NCBI RefSeq assembly: GCF_016127575.1
Contig: NZ_CP066020.1
Coordinates: forward strand, 360,001-392,000
Origin: Cupriavidus necator
Lineage (GTDB): Bacteria > Pseudomonadota > Gammaproteobacteria > Burkholderiales > Burkholderiaceae
Length of the DNA stretch: 32,000 nucleotides
Direction of reading: 5' to 3'
In this document: piece by piece, positions 8,758 through 16,541 of the stretch
Layout: each line of letters begins with the position of its first letter
Position numbering within the stretch: position 1 is the first letter of the stretch
The notes under the pieces: model-generated
Database searches by the model: none
Told to the model about the DNA's origin: nothing
Seen by the model: only the letters and a program-made list of their open reading frames with translations
Program-made: the position numbers and the translations under genes

Positions 8758-9118
8758 TCGGATCCCGATCGCCGACGCCCTGTATGGCAAGGCGCTGGAA
8801 CTGGTGCATCAGCACCGCGCCGCGTCAGTTGCGCTTCTGGAGCGCCATCTCGGCCTCGGGCTGGACATGGCTGAAGCGCTGCTGCAACGAATGGCCAGGG
8901 AAACCACAGCCGTGCGACGCGTGCCGAGCGGCCTGTATCTCTACACACACGGCCCCATCGGAGAAGAGTTGGCGGCACTCCACGGGTTCGCGCAGGAGGT
9001 CCTCGCAGCGCTCGCAAGCGACAGTGTGGATGTCGCCGATCTGCGAGCCGCTGCAGGCCGCTACGGTCTCCCGGTTCCGCGCCAGGCTGCCCCAACGCGA
9101 CCGCCGCGCCGCCGCTGA
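8747..9118 (+). CDS. FtsK-gamma-like winged-helix protein (123 aa)
   Basis: DALYGKALELVHQHRAASVALLERHLGLGLDMAEALLQRMARETTAVRRV matches the FtsK gamma pattern (D.L...A...V.....S...LQR....G...A....M......V). The start overlaps the upstream gene by 11 nt. Confidence 0.65.
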   Translation: MHADRIPIADALYGKALELVHQHRAASVALLERHLGLGLDMAEALLQRMARETTAVRRVPSGLYLYTHGPIGEELAALHGFAQEVLAALASDSVDVADLRAAAGRYGLPVPRQAAPTRPPRRR

Positions 9119-9125
9119 ACATGGC

Positions 9126-9308
9126 TCAGGCGTCCACGACCTGAGCCAGACAAAGCGGATCGTCCTCACCTCGTTCCGTCGGCCCTACTCGGCGCAGCGG
9201 ATTTCGATGGCCGCATCCCTTGCAGATGAAAAAGAAGCCTCTCTCGTCCAGTTCTGGATCGGCCGCCGAAAACATCACCGACAGCCGGCATTCGGTGCAG
9301 GTCCACAT
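9126..9308 (-). CDS. Small zinc-ribbon protein (60 aa)
   Basis: MWTCTECRLSV...FFFICKGCGHRNPL has CxxC...CxxC, with GGGGGA 6 nt upstream of the ATG at 9308. The rest of the 252-aa track ORF is Arg-rich junk. Confidence 0.55.
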   Translation of the reverse strand: MWTCTECRLSVMFSAADPELDERGFFFICKGCGHRNPLRRVGPTERGEDDPLCLAQVVDA

Positions 9309-9322
9309 AGCAGTCCCCCGTC

Positions 9323-9349
9323 TTGACAATGCCCACCGCGCGATACGCT
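9323..9349 (+). promoter_or_regulatory. Promoter-like element TTGACA-N15-TACGCT upstream of the DUF5131/MTase operon
   Basis: CTTGACAATGCCCACCGCGCGATACGCT has the same geometry as four other sites. It gives a 240-nt leader to the ATG at 9590. Confidence 0.35.
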
Positions 9350-9589
9350 GACTCCAATGTAGCCGCGCACAAGCTAACCAGCCAGCCCAATGAAACCTGC
9401 CGCCCCTCATATCTCCCCGAAGACACCTGCCGCTACGGACATCGGCCGCGCGTCGCAGCCGCACTCGCCAGTCAGCGTCGGGCGAGGTGTCTGCGAGCTT
9501 TGCGGCTCGATTGCATCGCACCTCCACGTCGAGGCCAACCGGCCCGAGCGCGACACACGAACCCTGGACCTGTTCGAGGACCACCAACA

Positions 9590-10711
9590 ATGAGCGAAAA
9601 CACAAAGATCGAATGGACCGACCACAGCTGGAATCCGTGGGAGGGCTGCCAGCACGTTGGCCCTGGCTGTGACCACTGCTACGCGGAGACCCGTAATGCC
9701 CGCTTTGGCGGTGGCCAGGCCCAGAACTGGGGGCCCGGCGCCCCGCGCCGGCGCACGTCCGCCACCAACTGGCGCAAGCCGTTCCGCTGGAACCTGGCGC
9801 ACGCTGCCTTCGCCGCGGTGCACGGGCGCCGCCAGCGCGTCTTCTGCGCGAGCTTGGCCGATGTGTTCGACAACGAGGTGCCAATCGAATGGTTCATCGA
9901 CATGCTCGATGTGTGGCGGCAGACCCCAAACCTCGACAAGCTCGTGCTGACCAAGCGCATCGGCAACGCCATGAAGCGGCTGGGCGAAGCGTTCAATGCA
10001 CTGATGCTGCGCGACGACTGCGCGGAGAATCCCTTGGTGCCGTGGCTGGCCACGTGGATCGCAGGCAACGCACCCGCGGATATCTGGTTGGGGGCCACGA
10101 TCGTCAATCAGGCCGAAGCGGTACGAGACATTCCGAAGCTGTTGCGTGTCCCCGCCAAGACCCGCTTCCTGTCCATGGAGCCCCTGCTCGGCCACGTCGA
10201 CGTGTTCTCGACAATCACGGGCGAGCTGCTACACACGTCCGGCAACGATTACAACCCTGGTTCGATCGACTGGATCATCGCAGGCGGTGAGAGCGGAAGC
10301 GACGCACGCCCGATGCACCCTGCCTGGTCGCGCAGCTTGCGGGACCAGTGCGCAGCGGCGGGCGTGCCCTTCCTCCTAAAGCAGTGGGGCGAGTGGCATA
10401 CCGCTTCCGTGCTCACGACCTCTGGCGAGCCGGCATTCCGAACGTTCGAGACGTTTGAGCAATGGGTAAACAAGGCCAGCACCTGGGTCGGCGGCGGCAT
10501 CTGCCTCGACAAGCACGGCCAGCAGCTACAGAAGGGAGACGATTTCATCCGAGCACGCGACGAATGCCGCTTCCCAGTCACCGTCATGGACCGGGTGGGC
10601 AAGAAGGCAGCAGGCCGGCAACTCGACGGGATGCTGCATGACGCTTTCCCTGTGACCTCGTTGGACGTGGCGGAGGCCTGCCACCGCGCCCTGGGTCGTG
10701 GAGCAGTCTGA
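9590..10711 (+). CDS. Phage Gp37/Gp68 family (DUF5131) protein, long form (373 aa)
   Basis: The hallmark N-terminus is present: MSENTKIEWTDHSWNPWEGCQHVGPGCDHCYAE (three-Cys motif). The C-terminal ending is GRQLDGMLHDAFP. GAGGA lies 9 nt upstream of the ATG at 9590; the track start at 9323 is an extension. Confidence 0.85.
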   Translation: MSENTKIEWTDHSWNPWEGCQHVGPGCDHCYAETRNARFGGGQAQNWGPGAPRRRTSATNWRKPFRWNLAHAAFAAVHGRRQRVFCASLADVFDNEVPIEWFIDMLDVWRQTPNLDKLVLTKRIGNAMKRLGEAFNALMLRDDCAENPLVPWLATWIAGNAPADIWLGATIVNQAEAVRDIPKLLRVPAKTRFLSMEPLLGHVDVFSTITGELLHTSGNDYNPGSIDWIIAGGESGSDARPMHPAWSRSLRDQCAAAGVPFLLKQWGEWHTASVLTTSGEPAFRTFETFEQWVNKASTWVGGGICLDKHGQQLQKGDDFIRARDECRFPVTVMDRVGKKAAGRQLDGMLHDAFPVTSLDVAEACHRALGRGAV

Positions 10712-11952
10712 TGCGCCAACTAGACCTGTTCGCACACGTCGCCGCGGCGTTTGCAGACGCGTCCGAAGATGGGCTCTCCACCGGCGCTCTCTACGATATT
10801 GTGGCGCGTTCGGCGGGCATCGATCACAGCGCGGCCACGGCGCGCGTTCCGATCGGGACTGCAAAGGCACTGCATAGCCCATTCAAGCGTGCGGTTCGCT
10901 GGCACCAGCAGACGCTCAAGACGCTCGGTGTTGTCGAGCGTGTCGCCGATCGCACGGGATTCTGGCGCCTCACGCAGCCGGTCACCAAGGACCTCGACCG
11001 TGCAGCTGACGGCGTCAAGCTGGTCGCGTTCAGCACGATGCTCGGCATGGCCATCTGGGCTCGAAATGAGGATGTGTTTCGAGGATTGGCGGAACCCATC
11101 GCCTTGTGCGTCACGTCGCCGCCATACCCACTGCGGCAAGCCAGGGCATATGGCAATCCTACGGATAACCAGTATGTCGACTTCATCTGCGGGGCGCTCG
11201 AGCCGATCGTTGCCAATCTCGTGACCGGCGGCAGCATCGTCCTGAACATTTCCAACGACATCTTCCAGCACCGCAGTCCCGCCCGATCCCTCTATATGGA
11301 GCGGCTTGTGCTGGCCCTTCATGACCGACTCGGCTTGGCGCTGATGGACCGCATTCCATGGGTGAACTACAGCAAGCCGCCGGGCCCGACTCGATGGGCA
11401 TGCGTGGACCGTGTCCACCTCGCAACGGCATACGAGCCATTACTATGGCTGACGAACGATCCAGGCCGTGTCCGTGCCGACAACCGCCGCGTGCTGCAGG
11501 CCCATACCGAACGGCATCGGCGGCTGCTCGAAGCCGGTGGCGAACAGCGGTCAGCCAGTTACGGTGATGGTGCCTATCGGATCCGACCCCAGTCCTTTGG
11601 CAATCCGACATCCGGCCGGCTTTCCCGCAATGTCGTCGAACGCGGCCACCGCTGCGCCGACACCCTGGCCTACCGCAGGGCGGCCGCGACGCTTGGATTG
11701 CCCGCGCAAGGCGCCATGCAGCCTACCGCCATCCCGGACTTCTTTACAAGATTCCTGACCGAGCCTGGCGACCTGGTCGTCGATCCGTTCGGCGGCACGA
11801 TCCGTACGGGCCTCGCCGCCGAGCGATTGGGCAGGCGCTGGATCGTCACGGAATGGATCCTCCAGTATGCTCGCGGCGCCGCCGAGCTGTTTCGTCAGTC
11901 CGACGGCTTCCTGATGCACCCCGCCCTCCAATGGGCTTCCCAAGGTCGATAG
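10711..11952 (+). CDS. Beta-class N4/N6 DNA methyltransferase (413 aa) with an extra ~115-aa N-terminal domain
   Basis: Motif IV CVTSPPYPL precedes motif I LVVDPFGGTIRTGLAAERLGRRW, the order typical of the N6_N4_Mtase family. The start overlaps the DUF5131 stop (TGATG at 10709-10713). Confidence 0.9.
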   Translation: MRQLDLFAHVAAAFADASEDGLSTGALYDIVARSAGIDHSAATARVPIGTAKALHSPFKRAVRWHQQTLKTLGVVERVADRTGFWRLTQPVTKDLDRAADGVKLVAFSTMLGMAIWARNEDVFRGLAEPIALCVTSPPYPLRQARAYGNPTDNQYVDFICGALEPIVANLVTGGSIVLNISNDIFQHRSPARSLYMERLVLALHDRLGLALMDRIPWVNYSKPPGPTRWACVDRVHLATAYEPLLWLTNDPGRVRADNRRVLQAHTERHRRLLEAGGEQRSASYGDGAYRIRPQSFGNPTSGRLSRNVVERGHRCADTLAYRRAAATLGLPAQGAMQPTAIPDFFTRFLTEPGDLVVDPFGGTIRTGLAAERLGRRWIVTEWILQYARGAAELFRQSDGFLMHPALQWASQGR

Positions 11953-11954
11953 CA

Positions 11955-12227
11955 ATGCAGCACCACGACAACGAAGACAGAGAATTTCCCGAGCCCGAGA
12001 CCGTCCTTGCCATTCGGGGGGCAATCGCCACCGGCCGGATGGGCGGCCCGATGGGCGAGCCCGGCCACTGGCTCAACGAGTTCTGGCAGGTCGGCGCGGC
12101 GTTGCGTGATCACGCTGAGATCCTCCAGGGTGTCCAGGGCGCAAATCGAAGAGCCTTCCTGAGCACCACAGCCGACTATCTGGCTGCCAGCGAAACAACT
12201 TCTGAACACGCCGGCGACCGGAACTGA
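11955..12227 (+). CDS. Hypothetical protein (90 aa)
   Basis: The ATG lies 2 nt after the MTase stop. MQHHDNEDREFPEPETVLAIRG..., GC-rich third positions, weak SD. Confidence 0.45.
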   Translation: MQHHDNEDREFPEPETVLAIRGAIATGRMGGPMGEPGHWLNEFWQVGAALRDHAEILQGVQGANRRAFLSTTADYLAASETTSEHAGDRN

Positions 12228-12284
12228 CCGAGCCCCAGCCGCGGGCAGGCATAATTCCGGCATTTTTCAGCACTGGATCTCGCC

Positions 12285-12875
12285 ATGCCTAGCGGCCTCT
12301 TTCAATGCGCGCACTGCGGCGGCGCGCCCACCTACGTCGCCGGCCGGCTCCAGGCCGTCATCGCCTGCGACGAATGCGGGATGTCAACGCCGCCGGTCGA
12401 GAACGATCCCAGGAATAGGGACGCCGCCTTCCCGCGACTCAGCGCCATCTGGAACAGCCGCGTCGACCTTCGCCCGGCCGACAAGGAAGCCATCTCCATG
12501 ATCGCCCGGCGTGCGCTGACCTCCTCCGACATCCCCTATTTCCTCAATCTTCTCGCCTCCACAACCAGCGACTGGGAAGCCAACGGACCGATGTTCGCGA
12601 CGATGGCTGCAGCCCTTACCCAGCCCGGCTACGAGTTCAAGCACGTCGGCCCGCCCGAAACTGTTCTCTCGCAAGCCGCCCGCTACCAGAAGCTGCTGCA
12701 GCGCGCGAAGGTCATCCATATCGATGGCGCTCCGATGGTGCGCTTTGAGCATGTGCCGGCCTTGGCCGCGGAAGTCGCGGAGGAGGGTCTGGCGGATCAG
12801 GATTGGCCGCTCCTCGACATGGAAGAATTCGTCGGTAAGGCCATCGACAGCCTGCCGGATCATTGGCAGCCTTGA
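12285..12875 (+). CDS. Protein with an N-terminal Lar-like (restriction alleviation) zinc ribbon (196 aa)
   Basis: FQCAHCGGAPTYVAG...VIACDECGMSTPP...RLSAIWNSR matches the Lar family pattern CxxCGG...CxxC...WNxR. The C-terminal ~125 aa are unassigned. Confidence 0.65.
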   Translation: MPSGLFQCAHCGGAPTYVAGRLQAVIACDECGMSTPPVENDPRNRDAAFPRLSAIWNSRVDLRPADKEAISMIARRALTSSDIPYFLNLLASTTSDWEANGPMFATMAAALTQPGYEFKHVGPPETVLSQAARYQKLLQRAKVIHIDGAPMVRFEHVPALAAEVAEEGLADQDWPLLDMEEFVGKAIDSLPDHWQP

Positions 12876-12932
12876 CTTTGCCCAGCGGCGGGCAAGCTGA
12901 AGGCGTATCCACTTCAACGGAATTCCCCTCAG

Positions 12933-13822
12933 ATGACCCGCCAGCTTCTCGCAGCAGTCGTTCTCTCCCTTGCATCCCTCACGGCAAGCGCACGGGACAC
13001 GGGACAGGCCTGTGCTCACGTCCTGCCTACGGGCCAACCCACGACTCAACCAGCGGGCCGCACGCAGTTGCTGTGCTACCGCGCCTACGCCGTTCTCTAT
13101 TCGAGCCAGACACGCACCGCGCTGTGGTCTGCCGAGCGTCTCACGCGGGAGGCCGTCGACGCCGCGCGCAAGCTGCCACGCGACAGCGACTTCTACGAAG
13201 AGGAGCGACTGCCCGAAGCCGACCGCGCCAGGCTGGCCGACTACCGACGCGGATCGGGCATGGATCGAGGGCCCCGAGCGGCGACTTCCCGGACAAGGCG
13301 TCCCAAGCCGAGAGCTTCAGCCTCGCGAACGTTATCCCCCAACACAGCGTGTCGAACCGCCGCACCTGGAGTCACATCGAGACGTCCACACGCAGGCTGG
13401 CCCGCCAGCACGGTGCGATCCAGGTGGTGACCGGCCCCGCATTCGTCGGCACCCCGAGGACGCTGGGCCACGTGCACATCCCCGACTTCATTTGGAAAGC
13501 GATCCACGTGCCAGGCATTGGCGCCGCCGTCTACCTTGTCCGCAACGACGCGACGCCCGCGTACAGTGTCATTAGCGTCGCAGAATTGCGGCACTTTGCA
13601 GGGATCGACCCGTTTCCGACACTCCCCAAGGCCATGAACGCCACGGCGATGGACCTGCCCCTTCCCACCCCGCACCCTGGTGAGAAGGCGGCGCGCCGCG
13701 TCGCGTTCGCATGGCTTGCATCGGGCGAAGCCGCCGCGGCCTCGCGCGCGACGGAGCCTCTCCACCAAGCCATCCGGGACGCAAGTGCAATCCTGTCGCT
13801 GGCCCTCGCCCACGCACGTTAG
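12933..13822 (+). pseudogene. Secreted DNA/RNA non-specific (DRGH-type) endonuclease, frameshifted within the catalytic motif
   Basis: The frame from 12933 gives a signal peptide (MTRQLLAAVVLSLASLTASA) and ...LADYRRGSGMDRG, then degenerates. The -1 frame continues APSGDFPDKASQAESFSLANVIPQHSVSNRRTWSHIETSTRRLA...VVTGPAF to 13822. The break is at the C4 run at 13272-13275. Confidence 0.8.
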
Positions 13823-13840
13823 CCAGCCATCTCGACCGCG

Positions 13841-13858
13841 GAAGGAACATGTTCCTTC
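13841..13858. repeat. Perfect 18-nt palindrome GAAGGAACATGTTCCTTC, copy 1 of a 16-nt core that recurs at 22723
   Basis: Read directly. The AAGGAACATGTTCCTT core is identical at both sites. Confidence 0.9.
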
Positions 13859-13868
13859 AGAAAAAGCG

Positions 13869-13895
13869 AAAGGCACGCCAAAAGACGTGCCTTTT
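13869..13895. terminator. Bidirectional intrinsic terminator between the convergent nuclease and HU genes
   Basis: AAAGGCACG-CCAAAAGA-CGTGCCTTTT forms a 9-bp stem flanked by an A-run and a T-run. Confidence 0.7.
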
Positions 13896-13922
13896 GCATG
13901 CAAACACTGCTCCGGATGCTGA

Positions 13923-14204
13923 TCACTCCTGATTGACAGCCTCTCGGAATCGCTGCCCGGCCTTGAACTTCACGGTCCTGGCAGCTTCAACCTTGATCTC
14001 CTCGCCGGTGCGCGGGTTACGAGCCATGCGCTCGGCCCGCTCGCCCTTGCTGAATGTTCCGAAACCTACCAGGGAAAGCGCGTCGCCCTTGGCCACGGCA
14101 TCCATGATGGCGTGCAAGGTCACGTTCAGCGCTTCTTCGGCCTTGGCCTTCGTCAACCCGTCTACACCGGCGGCGATCGCTTCGATCAGTTCGGCTTTCG
14201 TCAT
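13923..14204 (-). CDS. HU/IHF-family DNA-binding protein (93 aa)
   Basis: MTKAELIEAIAAG...LVGFGTFSKGERAERMARNPRTGEEIKVEAARTVKFKAGQRFREAV, with AAGGAGA upstream of the ATG at 14204. Confidence 0.9.
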   Translation of the reverse strand: MTKAELIEAIAAGVDGLTKAKAEEALNVTLHAIMDAVAKGDALSLVGFGTFSKGERAERMARNPRTGEEIKVEAARTVKFKAGQRFREAVNQE

Positions 14205-14452
14205 GATTCTCCTTTTCCATGGAAACAACAGACATTGTCTTCCAGGCAATGCCGCTCTTGTCTGCAAATACTATGAGTCCTTGATGAGCTTTCCGAAGAA
14301 GCTCAGCATGCTCAACCCTCCCTACAGATCTCCGACTTGGTAGTATCCGCCTTTTCCGACGACGACCGCTGGCCGCTCTCGGACAGCATAGACAAGTGTC
14401 CTCCACCGTATTCGTCCAGTTGCCCAGAGAGCAATCACTCGCGCCGTCTGCC

Positions 14453-15610
14453 TCATCGACCCACCTCTTGCGCGAGAATCCGATACAGCTTCGTTCGCGA
14501 TATCCCAAGCTCGCGTGCCGCGACAGCCTTGTTCCCACCCGCCGCGGCGATCGCAGCTTTGACATCCTCCAGCGTTGGATCAGTCCGTCCGATTGACAGC
14601 TGAGTAGCGTACGTCGACAGATACGCGTTCGCTTTCGTGGCCCGGCTGTGTCCTGCCGCCTCCACCACCTTGCGCATAGCTTCGCGGTGCGCCTGGACAT
14701 CGACCACCTTCCCTCCACCCTTCACCGCTGCGGCCTGGCCGCTCTCCCGCTGGTACATCTGCTGCAGGAACTGGTGGCGCAGTCCGTGTGCCGTTACGCC
14801 CTGACCATTCTTGGTTACCCCGTGCTTCTCCAGGACGGTATAGAAGCGCCGGCGCCAACGGATCTGGGTGTACGTAGCAGGAATCAGCGTCCCCTTTTCC
14901 GGATTGGTGGCATAAGCGAGTGTCGCAGCCTTGCCAAGCAATTCGTACTGCCAGCCGAATTCGATCGGGACGCGGCGGGGCCTTCCACCCTTCGTGCCGT
15001 CGTGCACATGCAGCATCCCTGATGGGAGCACGTCCAAAGCCGGCCGCAACCGCCAACTTTCCATGGCCCGCAGACCAAAAGCAGCCTCAAGCTTGAGCTG
15101 CAGCGCGACATGGGCGTCCGTGACCTCGATCTCGGCGATTTTTGCCGCCGCGTCAATGCCCTTACCTTCCCAGGATTTGTCCTCGCGTGCGATATAGCTC
15201 CGTGCATAACCGGCCGGCCGCTCTACATAGTCGTCGATCCGCCCAACCACGTTGGTCTTGCCCATCCACGACATCAGTGCACGCAGGTGGGTGAGGCGCA
15301 GCTCCACCGTGCCTGCGTTCAACTTCCGGTCACCCACCCAGTACTGGACCAGCCAGCGGACGTGCTTCTGCCGGATGCTATATGGCGAATTCACGGCCAT
15401 GCCGCCGACGCTGCGCAGCTCTACGAACATTGCGAGCAGGGCCTGCAGGCGCTGGCGCTGCGACATTTGCGACAGCGACCTGCCGCTCACTCGCGTTCCG
15501 CTATGCGGTAGGTGCAAATGCTCCGCAGCCAGCAATGCAAACTCAGTCTTGAACCGTTCTGGTAGGTTGTACTGGTTAATGATGGGGCGCAGGTGGATAG
15601 TCTTGATCAT
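14453..15610 (-). CDS. Tyrosine recombinase (385 aa) with a C-terminal Fis-type helix-turn-helix
   Basis: AFGLRAMES (box I Arg), TAHGLRHQF (HxxR), AAGHSRATKANAYLSTY (His and Tyr nucleophile region), and C-terminal GGNKAVAARELGISRTKLYRIL. GAGGA lies 5 nt upstream of the ATG at 15610. Confidence 0.9.
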   Translation of the reverse strand: MIKTIHLRPIINQYNLPERFKTEFALLAAEHLHLPHSGTRVSGRSLSQMSQRQRLQALLAMFVELRSVGGMAVNSPYSIRQKHVRWLVQYWVGDRKLNAGTVELRLTHLRALMSWMGKTNVVGRIDDYVERPAGYARSYIAREDKSWEGKGIDAAAKIAEIEVTDAHVALQLKLEAAFGLRAMESWRLRPALDVLPSGMLHVHDGTKGGRPRRVPIEFGWQYELLGKAATLAYATNPEKGTLIPATYTQIRWRRRFYTVLEKHGVTKNGQGVTAHGLRHQFLQQMYQRESGQAAAVKGGGKVVDVQAHREAMRKVVEAAGHSRATKANAYLSTYATQLSIGRTDPTLEDVKAAIAAAGGNKAVAARELGISRTKLYRILAQEVGR

Positions 15611-16178
15611 ACGGTCCTCGGAAGGTTGCGCTTCGCGCATGCGGCGCCAGGCGAATGCCCGCCCATGGACGCCCGCCGCTCATTGCTGGACAGCGCCGAC
15701 CCCGATCCGGCATTGCCCCCTCGGTGCACCGGGGTACCACCCCCGGCTTACCGGCCCACCCAGCCGGTCCCGCCACTACCTTCCTGTCCTTTAGCGATGC
15801 CAAACCGATCAGCCCTGAGCATGGAAGCAATGCGTCGTGACTGTCCGCTGTGCGCGTGAAGGCCTCCGCCTTCACGCCGCTGCGCGGCCACCCTATCCGG
15901 TGCATCTCGCGATGCCGGTCCGGATGGCGCCAGGATCAAGTCCTGAATGCCTCCGGCCTATGCCGTGATGGGTGATTACTTGTTGCGCCGTTCTGGTACC
16001 GGTAGCGCCCCCCGGGTCGATATTGCTCAGAAGCTTGCGTCCACCGTCGTATCGGTACGTACCAGCTCCCCGCCCCAAAGCCGGATCATTCCCGCCGCGG
16101 TGTGTCGGGCTTCGTGATCCGCGCCCAGCCAACTGGCTGAAAGGGCGTCTGGCATTCGTGGAAATTCGACAGAGCACC

Positions 16179-16271
16179 TGTCCGGTGTCCGGCTTCGGAA
16201 TTGTCCACACTACGGTCTATTTTCACGAACAGACCGCCAATCGGCTTGGTATCGCGGTGTCCGGTGTCCTC
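16179..16271. repeat. Two tandem pairs of a TGTCCGG-type heptamer plus single related copies
   Basis: TGTCCGGTGTCCGG at 16179-16192 and TGTCCGGTGTCCT at 16258-16270. Related singles: TGTCCAC at 16202 and TGTCGGG at 16103. All lie in non-coding DNA. Confidence 0.8.
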
Positions 16272-16497
16272 ACTATCCAACACGGTCCACTTGATTTGAT
16301 TGAAAAAAATGCCGGTTCAATTTCCGGCGTGAACAACTGGCACCGCAAGGCCCGGTTGCCCGGCTTTGGGTGTTGAATTTGCCGCGCAGATGTCGGCGAG
16401 GTCGATGCGTCGGGGACGCTGAAGGTATGCCAAGCATAAACCAAAGCTCCGAGCCGTCGCAACGAAATCGCCGGCAATTTCGCGAGCTTTCGAAAAC

Positions 16498-16524
16498 TTG
16501 ACTTCGCGACGCAAGGAGTAGATT
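16498..16524 (+). promoter_or_regulatory. Promoter-like element TTGACT-N15-TAGATT upstream of the ParM-like operon
   Basis: CTTGACTTCGCGACGCAAGGAGTAGATT, giving a 176-nt leader to the ATG at 16701. Confidence 0.4.
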
Positions 16525-16541
16525 CGAAGGGGATCGGAGAG

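Noticed and set aside
9309-9884. Upstream 192 codons of the 252-aa - strand ORF, and the 9323..9589 extension of the DUF5131 ORF
   Set aside because: Both are Arg/Pro-rich and overlap each other in a divergent promoter region. The conserved protein signatures start at the internal ATGs, 9308 (- strand) and 9590 (+ strand).
12863-13262. 5' part of the 319-aa + strand track ORF
   Set aside because: This frame is protein-like only downstream of the frameshift at ~13272. Upstream of that, the signal peptide and conserved nuclease N-terminal region are in the 12933 frame.
13841-13858. The GAACATGTTC palindrome as a LexA/SOS box
   Set aside because: Proteobacterial LexA boxes are CTGT-N8-ACAG, and the Gram-positive type is GAAC-N4-GTTC. 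This site has only 2 nt between GAAC and GTTC.
14017-14718. 233-aa - strand ORF spanning the HU/recombinase junction
   Set aside because: It is out of frame with both well-supported genes and has an Arg/Cys/Ser-rich composition.
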